64,000 nt of DNA, from assembly GCA_051294905.1 (NCBI GenBank), contig CM119371.1:5334001-5398000 (forward strand), written 5' to 3'. Position 1 is the first letter of the stretch. The number at the start of each line of letters is the position of its first letter. The notes under the pieces were generated by a model. It had not been told where the DNA came from. It saw only the letters and a list, made by a program, of their open reading frames with translations, and made no database searches. Of the stretch, positions 24,954-38,234 are shown one piece after another. A program made the position numbers and the translations under genes. This DNA is from Botryllus schlosseri (taxonomy: Eukaryota).

Positions 24954-26394
24954 ATATATATATATATATCATCAGCTGTTGATTTTACTGCTTCATTGCA
25001 GAAACCCCAATGTTTTATTTGACGAGTACAAAATATCAAATCTTTGTCCGGTGTCGGTCCGTACTAGGCCTACTGCTCGCCAAGCAGCAACGGTCAAACT
25101 GCGTTTAACTATAAGCATAACCAAACATCAACACGTAAGGTACTATTTTAAACTAGGCAGAGCGGAGACAAATTATACTGCTGCTAGGTAGTAGCGTGTG
25201 GAACGTGTTGATAACCTCATATAAAGCACGGCAGGTGTTCTTACAATCACACTAGTGTACGACGTATACGTACATCGAACATCTATACTTACTGTGGATA
25301 CTTCTTACGCAATGACGCGCAAAGCTAACTGCGGCTTCTGACGTAATAATGAGCAGTGGCGTTTGAAAATCAGACGCTTGTGCTATCACGAACCTTGTAT
25401 AATATCTCTTTCTTGTTCACAAATATTCAGTTTATGTCATGGTCCTTGTACAAATAAAAAGTAATCATTCTTTCACAGAGAAATCGATTAGATATGGGAA
25501 GTAGTCGATTACGAGTACGATTACTTCGGATTTTTTTTTAATGTTATCGATTGCGATCACGATTACTTGAAAATGCTGTAATCGTCGTAATCGATTACGA
25601 TTACTAATCGCGATTACCCCATGTCTGATCCATACCTACATGATCATCTGTCCGTCATCAATCAGTGCTCCCTACGAATTAGTCGAAAGTTATGGTAGTT
25701 ATAATTGGTTTAGAGCAGTATTGGACAACCAGAAAACTTATATGTTTTATAAATTAGACTAGAATCACAGGGAATCGTGATTGATGATGCGGTAACTTTC
25801 CTGGCGGTTATGGTTCTATAGTCCAGTTTTAAAATGTCAAATGTTGCACACTTCTGCATTACTACAATTAGAAAAATGAGTTAACAAATCTTATATTGAT
25901 TTATAAATTCGGGGCGTAGCCTATCTTTCTGCACCATGTCGTAAAATGAGTTCATGATCTAATTTTGACTTAGCATACGTCACAATGCTGCAGATTTTGT
26001 ACAAAACTGTTTTTCAGCTCAAGTCACGAGGGAAGTTGTCTAAAAAATTTTAGATTTCCAATCAGAATCAAATCATCAAATATAATCAGCCAGTATTTGT
26101 TTGATGTAATGTGTGGATATATATGTATAATTCTGCATAGGGTATAACTCAAGTGCTCTATTTTCGCCAGCCATAATTATCATGCCAGTTTAGGCTATTA
26201 TCTGTTTTATCAGTAATGTCACTGCATGCTGGTGAAAAACCCATATCAAAAACGTAAAAAAAAGTGAAATCCAGTAAATAAAGGATTGATATTAATCACA
26301 ACGTTTTGCAAAGTAGAATAGGCCATTTCATGACTTGAAATTTGACTCGAATATTTGCTTCCGAGTCATGAGCTCGTTGGGCGAAGTTCAGTAT

Positions 26395-26810
26395 TTGAGT
26401 ATCACTCATTATTTTGTCATTTCAGTATGAATGACGATAAAATTCAAAATATGTATCCGTTTTGCGAACACAAAGAATACACCTCCAGTTCCACGTCACA
26501 TTCAAGATAATTATGGCATTTTGCAGACCATGCCTATTTCATTGCCCTTTGTGACAAAGCTGCAGGTGACTCACGACTTCACAGATATGTCATTTCCACA
26601 AACGTGCGTAGCTTTGTACTGCACTTTTCGTACGATGCGATCGATCAATGTAGGTTTCGCAGCTTCCACTGTAGATATGTATCGAAACTATAATCTCGGT
26701 TGATAAATTACCTAGTAGTGGCAAAGAGTGGCAAAGATTTTAGTACAGTACTCAAAAGAATCATCCCTAACGACTCGACTCGAGCAATCCAATCATTGTA
26801 ACCAGCCCTA
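26395..26810 (+). mobile_element. Old ~450-bp hAT-type MITE family (core gatatgtcatttcca), copy A
   Basis: Core is shared with 30255-30415, 32990-33070, 37680-38032(-), 39590-39932(-) and 42150-42612. Ends resemble TAGGGCTGGGC/GCCCAGCCCTA. Confidence 0.6.
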
Positions 26811-28173
26811 CTCGCAAGTAATGAAGTTCAAAGTGAGTTTGAAATCTCTTTAAAATTGATATTAGACTTTGTCCATCTCAAAAAAAATCGATATGTCTAT
26901 TTACTAAAAATTACCGGTGGTCAGTAACTAGTTATTTCTGCTTTTTCTTATTGGACGGTCTACCCATGGCAGTTTGAATTTCTACACTTTGACATTCAGA
27001 GCAATGAGCAGGGTTTCCGCTCCTTACTGTGCAAATATAACTCTTCGCAGGACCAAGGCCAGCGTATCTGAGCTCAGTTACGTTACCATACTGGAATCTG
27101 ATGGAATAGGTTTGCCTAAATCTGTAGGACCAATCTCAGCGTCAAGGCGCGGAAATGATAAGTACATTTCCCTTCTGATCCGTGGGGCGAAGACGAGCAA
27201 GGTCCTTACACCCGATCTGTTGGACGCAAGTACCGCGTTGGTGATCCCAGCATTAGTCATTTTGTGTTAATTGCAAAAATAAATTGAACAATTTCAGAAA
27301 TAGTCACACCTAATTAACTGCGAAAAGTATGCAACGCCTTGACGAAATCTACTTTCAACTAACAACCATGTTTTCTTGACACTAGTTCAGTACAGGCAGA
27401 AACAAAATCATATATTTTAAGCAGGGGTGGTCGAAGTAGTCAGACTTGATATCCGAGTAGAAGTTGAGGTGGCGATGAGAATTTTCACTCAATTGCAAGT
27501 AAAAACAGCAAATTGCCGGGCATGTCAAAACTATTTCAAGTGGAAGTAGAAAATGATTGTTTGGCAGACTACGTACGTAAGTAATTTCAAGGCTTGACTG
27601 TCGGAGACCATCGTAATCGAACTCAGTTAAAGACGCACTGCCCCTGGCTTTCGATTAAGTCATATCATTCTCGACGTCGCAATCATACATATGCAAACCG
27701 CTTGATTTTCGAAATTTTAAAACCAGAATTAAATTTACAACTGTCAACATTCAATAATCCGCAATTAACTAACTAGATCAGTTCCAAGGTAAATCACGAA
27801 TATTTATCATATCAGAATGGAAATGCATTTGAAAGAATGGTACTGGAAGAAGTTTTGACCCCTGAAACAACCTGCAGATATGCCACTGTTAGTAGTGATG
27901 TCTGTTAACCAGAAGTGGCTGTGAAAACATGGTGCAACCAGTATCACAATTTATGTCGAACGACTACAGTGTTTTCATAGTTGTTCTGGAGCCTATTTTT
28001 CTTAACATGCAGCTAGAACTAAAACTGACTACTAAATTCCGATACGCAAGTATTGCAAATGCGTTGTTCACATTTTAATGATGCAATTTGTTTAGATTTA
28101 TTACACGCTCAAACACATAGCAGGTGGTGTAATGAATAAATGCATATTCTGAACTTGTGATGAGCACTTCCAC

Positions 28174-28995
28174 ATGAAGATGAATGATCATCCATGCGAT
28201 ATAGCCAAGAATCCGTTCTCTCAAAAAGTTGACTGCAAGCCTAACACTTATTCACATGCTGGCATCAAGAATCATAACTGTGATATATGTGGGAAAGCAT
28301 TCTTTCATAAGTGCAACCTCAAGTCGCATATGGATATGCATGCCGGTAACAAAAATCATCAATGTTATATATGTGGGAAAAAATTCATTCGGAAGAGCCA
28401 CCTCTCGACACACATGGATATGCATGCCGGTAACAAAGATCAGAAATGTGAGATATGTGGGAAAGCATTTACTCAGAAAGGTGCGCTCAAGCGCCATGTA
28501 GATATGCATGCTGGCGTCATAAATTATATATGTGATATATGTGGGAAAGCATTCACTCGTAAGGATAGCGTCACGCGTCATATGGACATGCATGCCGATA
28601 ACAAAAATCATAAATGTGACATATGTGGGAATACATTTTTGTGGAAATTCGACCTGGTGTTAAAAATCATGAATGTGATATATGTGGGAGAACATTCATT
28701 CAGGAGAGCAAACTCTCGCGTCATATGGATATGCATACTGGTATCAGACACCATAAATGTGATATATGTGGGAAAGCATTCACTCAGAAGGATGGCCGTA
28801 AGCGTCATATGAATATCCATGCTCCCGTCAAAAACATTCCATGTTATATTTGTGGTAAAGCATTCGCTCAGAATGGTTACCTCAAACAACATATGAATAT
28901 CCATGCTGGCGTTGAAAATCATGGATGTGATATATGTGGGAAAGCATTCTCTCGGAAGGATACTCTCAAGATTCATATTAATAGACATTCTAGAT
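28174..28995 (+). pseudogene. Tandem C2H2 zinc-finger gene (ZNF-B), frameshifted in finger 5; may encode a truncated 4-finger protein
   Basis: Four intact fingers, then a ~25-nt deletion at ~28655 (GACCT|GGTGTT), then four more fingers in another frame. The original stop codon is split by a hAT insertion. Confidence 0.85.
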
Positions 28996-30161
28996 CAGTG
29001 GTTCCCAACCTTTTTCCATCCGCGTACCACTTCGAGGTTTTATGCAGTGCTCGCGTACCACCTTCATAATTTACGCACGACGTAGGCGGTAAAAATGTTT
29101 TCACCATTTATGTCGTCATAATCACGTTATTGACCTATGTGGGGTGTAGGGCGAATTTTACCTAAAAATTGGAGGATTTTGACCTAAAAGACTTAATTTT
29201 GACCAAATTTTGACTTCATCTACGCAAATTAGGTGTTTTCGCACAAAATGCTAAAATTACACTACTTATATTCAATTTTGGTAAAGATTGTCCTTCCTTA
29301 CGAAGCAGTATGGCCTGAAAAAGCCTTTTTGAGTTAAATTTTGACTTAAAACTGACAAATTTTGAAAAAACTTTATTTTAACGATATCTGGCCCAGTAGT
29401 TACATCACGTATTATGGAGGAGTTAATTAAAATTATTTGTGGTACAACGAAAGATACTTTCTTACATTCTCGGGTAGAAATTGTCTGTCTTTACTAAGTA
29501 GCTTGCAAAGAATGGAGAAATAGCCTACCGTTTAACAGCAGTAGTTGTTGGTTGACAACACTCAAACTGTGCGTACACTGCTGGTGATCCACCATGTTGC
29601 TTGATTCTGACAATGTTGTCATACATCACAATTATTCATCATGCGCTTCTTGATTAAATATCCATGCAATGCCCAAGCAGTCTTGCTTCTATTAGGATAT
29701 TACGATACGTTGAGAATAACACCATGTCAATTGTCAACCTATTTGTTTCGTTTGACAATTTATGATCCACGATGAGCAGACAATGGACCGCCTACAACGG
29801 TAGGCCTATAAAGTAGGCTTCAAGCTTTAAAATATCAAATCTACGATACAAACGAAATGAAGGGGTCAAAAATCTTTTGACTTTGTAAACAAGTTTGACA
29901 ATTTTTTGACTTAAAGCTCAATTTTGTAAAAAAAAAATAACCCTACTAATACCTAATTCTATTAAACTAGGGGCATTATCAGCCCGGGTTTATGAGATGC
30001 ATGGAATTGTTTTTTCACCACTAGTCAAAAAACTTCCAAAAATTCAAAGTCAAACCCACCTGAACTAATAACTTCGAAAAAAAACAGAATCTACTCGCGT
30101 ACCACCTGGAAGACCTTCGCGTACCACTAGTGGTACGCGTACCACGGGTTGGGAACCACTG
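28996..30161. mobile_element. hAT (Buster-like) MITE inserted into the ZNF-B stop codon
   Basis: TIR cagtggttcccaacc / ggttgggaaccactg. Perfect TSD ttctagat (28988-28995, 30162-30169). Confidence 0.93.
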
Positions 30162-30966
30162 TTCTAGATGATGCATGCTTGCACTATGTGTGCGGAATTT
30201 CGGCAGAAATGTTGACTCTGTTCATTCAACTTCGGTCTGATATACTAAGTTCAGCTAACGATTTCACGGATATGTCATTTCCACTGGCGACTAGCTTATG
30301 TTGCTTCGTACCTCATATTTCCTATGCTTCGATATGACCAATCGAGGTTTAAAGCGTTTTGCAACGGAAAATAGTACGAAACTATAATTCCCTTATAATT
30401 AACTTTTAGTGGTGAGGAGCCTTAGGTTTCACAGCAAAAATCTAATCATATCTCACCACTAAACTCAAATCATTAAAATTATTTCTTGAATCATTGTGCC
30501 CACCCCTACAAGTAACCAGTTGACAAAAAGGGGTAATCGGCTGTAAATGGAAATATTTGTGACATGATAACGGACACTGTTCAACCTCGTTGAGACGCGT
30601 TGGTACAATGATAGCTGTGCCATGTCGCAGATACCACATTCTTTTTCTGGTCTCTGTGGTTTTTTAGAATATTGAACGTATTTTACTGCAAGTCTCGCGC
30701 TATCATGATATATAATCATACGTATCTATGGTGCACATTTGTTACACGGATTTTTATTGAAGTTACTTATTTCATCAATACATGTGAAAGAGGCAACTGT
30801 CGTTGTACATTCGTTGATGCTGTCGGGGGATATGAATAATGCTGACAATCTATAAGCAGTGGTTTTCGCGACCCATATTAAGATTTGGAAGAGTCAAATA
30901 TTAGAAGTGTAATATCCCAACTAAAGAGTTCATGGATAGGTAGCCTACATAACACCAGATCCTGAC

Positions 30967-31285
30967 TTGCAGGTTGAGGCACCCACTGGAAAATGCTCTA
31001 TGAAAACAGAGCTGGAGGAACATATTGTTTTAGTAGGAGAACCAGGTGAGTATTACCTCACTCACTTGTCACCTCCCAATGGAAAAGGTCGTTTTTTGGC
31101 AAAAGAAACATATGAGTTTATTTCCGACACCGAACTCTGCAAAAACCTAACTGTCGTGGGATCAGACGGTACAGCTTCAATGACAGGGAGATTCAAAGGC
31201 TGCATTCGTGCAATTGAAAAACTTTTACAAAGACCACTTCTATAGGCTATCTGCTTGCTTCATGGTAATGAGCTGCCATTCTACA
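30967..31285 (+). mobile_element. hAT-superfamily (hATm/hATx-like) transposase fragment
   Basis: EEHIVLVGEPGEYYLTHL...VGSDGTASMTG...GCIRAIEKLLQRPLL*AICLLHGNELP, containing the C-x2-H motif of hAT transposases. Confidence 0.8.
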
Positions 31286-32042
31286 TATCCACCTTGAAAG
31301 TTGTTGTGAAAACATATCGTGATGGCTTTCTAGCATAAGCGATTATCAAGATATGGCAAAATTAGCTATTTTCGACTCGTTTGGGGAAATTGCTCGGCCA
31401 CTAGAGTGCGTAAGAACCTGGAATTATGATAGAAGTTATTAATTTTCGATTTGGGACCAAATATCAAAGGCACTTTTTGGAATTCAAATTTTTCTTTTTT
31501 TCACTCCACCCTAGTGGTTATAATGGGTGTTCAAACATGACTTTTTTTCTTAAATCGTACTGGCTACTTGATAAAATTGTTATGTTACCTAATTTAAGAC
31601 TACACACCAAATTTGGTTCAATTCCAACCAGTAGCCGCATTGCTACAGGAGAAGAAACTTTCTATTTATTATATAAAATAAATGAATAAAAAATTTCAAA
31701 ATTTTCTGTTCAATATTTGATAGGTCATTTACAATTGGTAATGCATACGTACACGTGGATCGACCTCACGTCGGTGTACGAAATGAACCTCTCGCTCATA
31801 CTCGACGATAAAGTTATAAAAAATACAGGAAATATACGTGGCAGTTATAGAGCACATTGAAACAGTGATAGTCAGCATGGGTGTATGGGGAAGACTGTCT
31901 CAATCTTTATCCAACAGCCACCCCTTCATAGTTGGTCAGTAACGAATTAGCAAACTTCCACTTATTAATTGCTGTCAAAGAGGCATCGCGAGCACTTACG
32001 ATACTTACTCGAGCGGCTCTGTTATTACGACTTCCACGAATG

Positions 32043-32272
32043 TGTTTTTGTGTTATTCACGATGTCTGTCAACAGCTATAGTCATTTAGGCTACACCACG
32101 CCGTTATTCATGTTTTTTTCCGTATCTGCCGACTTATAACACGGTCCACTTTTAGGCTTTTTGTAAGACACCACTTACGCTTTGGACTTCTGAAGTCGAC
32201 CTCGGTCGGATTCGAACCAGCACCTTTTCATGCTGCAGCCGTGGATAATACCACTGCGCTATCTCGCCACAT
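32043..32272 (-). mobile_element. tRNA-derived SINE, copy 2
   Basis: Minus strand has box A TAGCGCAGTGG, a CTGCAG anticodon-loop-like segment and box B GGTTCGAATCC, then the same body as copy 1. Confidence 0.8.
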
Positions 32273-33164
32273 GTGTATTTTGCAGTAACACTACTTACTT
32301 GTCACACTTTGTACTTTGGAAAGTAGAGCGTAGTTTTAGGTTGAGTCGCTGTTTCGATCCTGATCCACCATCTTCATAGTTTTTGAAACTACAGCACTTT
32401 AGGGGTCTTTCAATATCTGTCTCTGTTGGAAGTTTCAAGATGTATTTAACATCGCTAATTCCACCCGTAATTCAGTGAAGATTTACCTCCTGAATTCCAC
32501 TTCAAATCGAGTAGCAACTAGCAAGCAGTGTTGGGACGACTCGAGTCATGACTTGACTCGGTGTATCAAAATGTGGATTGACTCGGGACTAGGAGCCAAA
32601 TTCACGAGTCAATTTCAAGTCATCGAGTAATCGGTGTCGATAAAAATCCCTGTATCTTGCATATGGTCGGACTGTTCGCTAAATGCTGGTGTAACCCGTG
32701 AGAGCGACCAATCTTTCAGTGATCGTGCGCTTTACTGAACCTCCATTTTTCTCTCTCAAATAAATTTTACAGATTACGTTGTCGTAAACTAGTACAGTTA
32801 AGTAATTTAATAGCAAAATGTCTATTTCTGTTCTTTCCCTAACCAAACCTCATGTTTTATTAAAATCAAATATAGTTAATACAGTCCACATCCATTAGCG
32901 TAAGCTTGAATTGTATCATATTAATTTGTAAATGGTAATGTATTACATCTTAGCAATTCGTCTCTCTATTCTCTATACTGTCACAATGTAGGCAATACCG
33001 CCTATCGAGGTTTAGGGCCTTCCACAGTGGAAATGCCATTGAAACTATAATTCTCATTGATAAATTACGGTAACTGTTAGGGACAAGAAGAGTATATTTA
33101 CAGTAGATATACGAATATAGCGACACGATATCAACACTAACCTACCATGATTTTTTTTTGTCCA

Positions 33165-33307
33165 CAGCATGTTGTCTATTGACCCATCTCGACGACCTTC
33201 TGCGCAATCGAGTAGTGTCCAGCTGCTTTTTGAAAGCCTACATGCCTAAAAAACTACCAACCATTTGCTTGCCTATCACAAATGTCAACGCGAGACAATC
33301 TTCACCG
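33165..33307 (+). pseudogene. PLK1: PLK1/polo-like exon remnant: end of kinase domain
   Basis: MLSIDPSRRPSA/VVSSCFLKAYMPKKLPTICL vs PLK1 KMLQTDPTARPT...GYIPARLPITCL. Donor gtgag at 33308. Confidence 0.75.
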
Positions 33308-33682
33308 GTGAGATTTCTTACAATTCCACAGCAAGTTTACGATTAGAGCTTGGCCAAAACAGATTTTTGAGCCAATACCGATAAAACCGATAACTAGCAC
33401 CTTCACAGATAAGCAAAGTCGGACAACTAAAACATTTTATTCTTTTTTGAATAAGATTAGCATTAGAATGATAGCAATTACCTTTTTTTGATGCTGAGAT
33501 ACGGCTAACTGAGTTTATGCGGACTCAGAAAGTAGAAGTAAAGTATTGGTACTAAAACATTGTTGATATTTGGCTCTTGGTGTGATGTGAATGTCGACTA
33601 ATTTTTCATGGCTCTCACTGCTTGGCTCCTAATCATTGCAGTTGATTTTCTTTTTTGATTTCCAAAATATGGTAAGCCTAAT

Positions 33683-33747
33683 TATAGTATAGTATAGTAT
33701 ATGGAGATAATATTTAGTAGTATAGTATAGTATAGTACGTATAGTAT
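33683..33747. repeat. (TATAG)n microsatellite
   Basis: tatagtatagtatagtat, two tracts. Confidence 0.8.
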
Positions 33748-33989
33748 ACAGATATTATAGTATTCCTGAAGAGGAACGGTGTCTTTATGGGTTCTTCTGT
33801 GTAATTCAAAGGGTGAGGAATCGGATATGAGTATATTTTGTTGTTGTGAAATATAGCATTGTAGCATAGCCTTGATGAATGTTTACAGTATCGGTATATT
33901 CTGTTTATTTCTTTGAACAGTGATGTAGTGGTAGTGGTACTAGTATACATTATGGTACCCTCAAGACGTTTCAGGATTCGACCCAATGA

Positions 33990-34205
33990 AGTAATGGCGT
34001 GGCAGCAGCAGATGATGGGAATGCTTTGGTATTGGAAAAATGTACTGAAAAAGAAACGCAAAAAACGTACATTTTGGGTGCATCCAATTTTATTGCGACG
34101 AGAGCGGTATGGTGAATACTGAATATCATCGCCTCATACAAGAGTATCGCCTGGAGCGTGTTTTGGAATATCGTCGGTACTTCCCGATGACCCCTGAGAA
34201 TTTTT
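33990..34205 (+). mobile_element. PIF/Harbinger transposase N-terminal fragment
   Basis: KRTFWVHPILLRRERYGEY...HRLIQEYRL...YRRYFPMTPENF matches the W.HP...GE...YFRM...F pattern of Harbinger nucleases. Confidence 0.75.
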
Positions 34206-34476
34206 TTTTTACTGTGGCGAATGAAAAAATCTGCCTGCCCTGCACTTGTGTCGTGGAATGTGTTGCTTCAGCTTGTGTCTAGATTTGTCAGTTTAGTTCA
34301 GGGGTCGCCAACTTGAAACTAGCCGCAGGCAACTTTTTAAATCTCGTAGAGAACACGGCGCGTGAATTCAATATAGCGATGAAATAGGCCTACGCCTCAA
34401 AGTACATAGCAGCCGCTAGATTGCGCAAACACGGCGGTCACGGTCCATCGGACCGCAGACAGCAAACCGTGTAGAA

Positions 34477-35715
34477 CAGTGGTTCCCAACCTTTTTCGAC
34501 TCATCGCCCCCTTTTGAAGCTCCGCACCGATCATCGCCCCCCAAATATTGGGAACCGCAAAAGAACACTTCGTCAGGCCCCCAAAACGTTGGTCTTTGGC
34601 CCCATAGGGTGATAAACCAGACCCCCCTCAGCCAGTGGGCTTTTAGTCGCTACATATCGACTATACCCTACTTCATGTACTGTTTGGTGGTAATCACCGT
34701 ATTTCACCTAAACGCGCGAAGCGCGACAAATTTATACAATTCATTTTGAATCGGTCAATATGATCGGGAATTGCATAGATATTGCTATCAATTTTATATC
34801 CTCTTTCTGGTCACGTAATCAGATTTTCCGGTAGAGCTTAGTGTGGTGTGTGTTGGAAAAGGTAGGACCCCTAAATAATAATCGTTGCTGTATTGACTTC
34901 GTTACATGATACTCTTTTGTGACCTCCTAGATCTGCTATGTCAGTCAGAAGATATGGAAATCGTCAAAACGTACCAAACTAAAAGACGCACATGATTTCA
35001 AATTGGTATATTTCTTTACTGGCAAATAATTTTCTCCTTGCGGGATGACATCTGTCCTGTAGGGTCAAGGTCGCCAGGACAGGAACATTCGGCGCCAGTC
35101 ATTGAGGTGCCTATGGGCAATTGAACATATATCTATCGAAGTTTTCGGTCAGCACAAGGGCATTCCTTTTCGGCCAAGGTCTTATCGCTGCTGATCGTTC
35201 TGGCGCACTTCTCGGAGTCGCATGTTACATGGCATCTAACTTCATATGTATTGGTGCGTCGTGGCCCAGTAATGGCCGACGCCGAAGTCTCCCATTTCCA
35301 TAAATCATTCGTATTTTTGTTGCGTGACTGGTATCCCAAGAAATATAAAAATATGGAATCGCGCGCAGCGCGAAAAATGTTTGAAAAAGTTGCACGAATT
35401 TCGAAAAAAGTTACTCCATAATTTATGTTAATTCACGAAATAATTTTGGGCCCCCTTCGAGTTCGGCCCCCCCCCCCCCACCCCAATTGGGAGGTTTTGG
35501 GTGCGGCAGTTACGGTTCCGACTCGCCAAAATAGCCGTTTTAACGCGCCATCGCCCCCTATCGCCCCATTCGTTGATTTCGCCCCCTATCGCCCCCCTCG
35601 TCCGTTTCGCCCCCCTCGTCCGTTTCGCCCCCCTATCGCCCCCTTCGTTATTTTCGCCCCCTAGACCGCCAAATCGCCCCCTGGGGGGCGATATCGCCCA
35701 CGTTGGGAACCACTG
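34477..35715. mobile_element. hAT MITE with tcgccccc subterminal repeats
   Basis: TIR cagtggttcccaac / gttgggaaccactg, TSD gtgtagaa/gtgtagat. Same family as 51516-52591 (inverted). Confidence 0.9.
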
Positions 35716-36225
35716 GTGTAGATGGAAACCACGGTTACGTTGGGTTGGGTTTGGTCAGGCGACTTGCCGTGTAGAGAAGCCTTTAACGGTGAGTAGGCCC
35801 AATCCCAGAATTATTGATTAAAATCTCTAATAACTTTGCTTCTACGGGTTGGAATTGCGTCAAATTTCTTTTGCAAGCAAAGAGAAAATTAATTTTTTTA
35901 TTAAATTGAAAAATTTTGATGTGCTCGGCCGTGGCTTCGGCTGGTTGGAATGGAGCCAAATTTGGTGTGCAGCCTTTTTTAGGCAACCTAACAATTTAAT
36001 CTGTGAATCCCCGGAATCTGAAAAAGTTGCTTTTAAACGACCCTAGTGGACAGTGCTATCAAAACTAAGTTGTTTGCCGAGCAGCAAGGAACGTATCATT
36101 TTGGTGCTTGGTGCTTGGTGCTACTGCATATTACACAGACTTTGAACGTTATTATCAACGAGACTGGGCAAAATCCAGCATCTCGGTGATTGGATTCGTG
36201 TTAAGTATTAACCGTCAAGCTAGGG

Positions 36226-36946
36226 CAGGGCCGGCCAACCCGTGGCCCGCGGGCCACATGTGGCCCGCGAGAAGGTTTTGAGTGGCCCGCGAGGTAATTT
36301 CCGAAATTAGTAATATTACCATAAATGGATTGCAAATTGTGAACTTGCAAGGACAACCATAATTTTGATTAGTCTGGCCGCAACACTTGAGATGTGATGA
36401 CTAAAATATCAGTTCCGACGCATTGGCAGATCCGTGAGCCAGTCACATTTTGGTAGATCTTCGTACACTACAATAAAGCAGAATAATTTGCGATAGATTT
36501 ATCAAAAGTAAAAATTTTCTACACGCTTCGCGCAACATGTTGTCACTCGATTCTTGCATTTAATATTGTTACCCTTTTCTGAAAATGAAAGAACGCCTAA
36601 TGTATCAGATTGAGTCCAACCATATTCGCGATTACGAGACAAAGTGTCGTTCAACATATGAGACCTGGCGTTTCCGCTCGCAGAAAGGCCGTCGACTATG
36701 AAACCTAGGCACAAAATGATTGACACATGTTGGTCCAAGCTTTCGATATCGATATGTCCAGGCGCGGAATAGTCCATTCCTGGCAAACTGAGCCCAGCGA
36801 TATGCAACAGGCCCGCAGTGTAGTCAAGTGACAATATTATTGACCTATGAACTTCGAAAATTTTTCGCGCTTGGCGCGGCTGGTGACCCGCGCAATAGTT
36901 CGTCAATCAAATGTGGCCCTTTGGCTGAAAAGGTTGGCCACCCCTT
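36226..36946. mobile_element. hAT (Charlie-like) MITE
   Basis: TIR cagggccggccaacc / ggttggccacccctt, TSD agctaggg on both sides, ggcccgcgggcc subterminal motif. Confidence 0.85.
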
Positions 36947-37172
36947 AGCTAGGGTGTTCATGTAGCTTGTATCGTGCCAATAAACTGTGCGAATTCTAGT
37001 TCTTGTCTGGCTCCATGCTGAGTATAAACTGTCTTTTTATAAGGTCATAAAACCTACCAATCCATATTTTAACCTAATATTGGGTTTGCAAAGAAAATGA
37101 ATTTTTCAGCCCTCATCACATTTGCATTACTATGCTTTCAAAGTTGTATCATCTTATTTCTTTACTTGACAG

Positions 37173-37319
37173 GTGCTACTAATACAGAGACACAGAAGCA
37201 CAAATGTCACAAGCATCATTCGCAGTACCGAATCATCGGACTTTTGTATGGTAGAATGGAAGCTCAGCTTGAGAAATTGATCTATACCCATCCAAGATTG
37301 CAGTCTGCTCTAAATATGG
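37173..37319 (+). pseudogene. PLK1: PLK1/polo-like exon remnant: kinase-to-polo-box linker
   Basis: Acceptor ttacttgacag. SDFCMVE/MEAQLEKLIYTHPRLQSALNM vs PLK1 DCHLSDMLQQLHSVNASKP. Phase-1 donor gttggt where (D/E)EAEDP would follow. Confidence 0.55.
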
Positions 37320-38234
37320 GTTGGTGTTTATGTAATCAGTAGTTGATTTCATTTTGAATCGACCTCCCTCTTACATGTAGGCCTACTTTTACTAATCAGG
37401 GATTTGATACCATTCACGACTGTAGTGACAACTGAAAAATATCATAAATTCTCTGTGCAAATCCAGTTTGTCAAATGACATTGACGCAAATCTGGCCGAT
37501 ATCTTGAAATCCATGTTATTCTCAAATTCATGTCAAGTTACGGAGATATGATCGCTCCAAATTACGGCTCTTGCTCGTATGTGACGTTGCTGAGAAGATT
37601 GTTGGGCTGTTCAAGCATTATTTTTCTTGATTTCAGTCAAATAGTGAGAAATAATCCGTTCCATCACGGAATCCTGCGCTCCGTACCATTCAGAGTTGAT
37701 TGATCAATGAAAATGATTGTTTCCATACTCATGTCCACTGCGCAAAGCTGTAAACCTCGATTGGTCTTATCCCAACATACTTTACATGTGGTACAAGCAT
37801 GTACGCATATTACTGGAAATGACATATCTGTGTAGTCCTGATCAACACACAGCATTGTCGCAAAGTGCAATGAAATAGGTGTGGCATTATATTGGTTGTA
37901 GTTACATATTCGAACTTTCCACGTCATCCATACTGGTATGGCATCATAATAAGCGCTACTCGAACACTCGACTCAAAGCCTAATACTCGATTCAATTTCA
38001 AATAACCCGGGTACTCGATTTTAACTGCCCTACGTATAACAAGTCGGATATCAAAATGGCACCATGAAATAAAATTTGAAATTACGAAGGTTTATCGGTT
38101 CAAAAAATTGGTTGTCGAATTTTACAGGTCCGCCAATTCATAAAGGTTGAGAACCACTGATTTAGATGTTCCCAACAAATAACTTATGTTGTTTTCATAC
38201 TGTCAATCCGATTACCTTTAATTTATGTTTTCAG

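Larger units (their letters stand above)
20662..25627. mobile_element. hAT non-autonomous element with CGATTA subterminal repeats, host of nested insertions
   Basis: TIR cagacatgggg / ccccatgtctg. Perfect 8-bp TSD atccatac (20654-20661, 25628-25635). Confidence 0.9.

Noticed and set aside
26431..26703. Recurrent DFTDMSFP-like peptide suggesting a repeated exon or protein domain
   Set aside because: Frames are not conserved among copies and the ends look like hAT TIRs with TCGAGTA subterminal repeats, so it is better explained as an old MITE.
30760..30800. Possible polo-box YFxxYM remnant
   Set aside because: Too short, needs frameshifts, and has no splice sites.
32200..32272. Candidate tRNA-Cys gene
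   Set aside because: The stems do not pair properly and it continues into a body shared with other SINE copies.
37173..37230. Reading this exon as the PLK N-lobe (HQKEKMSQE-like)
   Set aside because: It needs several indels. The linker reading with a phase-1 donor after NM fits better.
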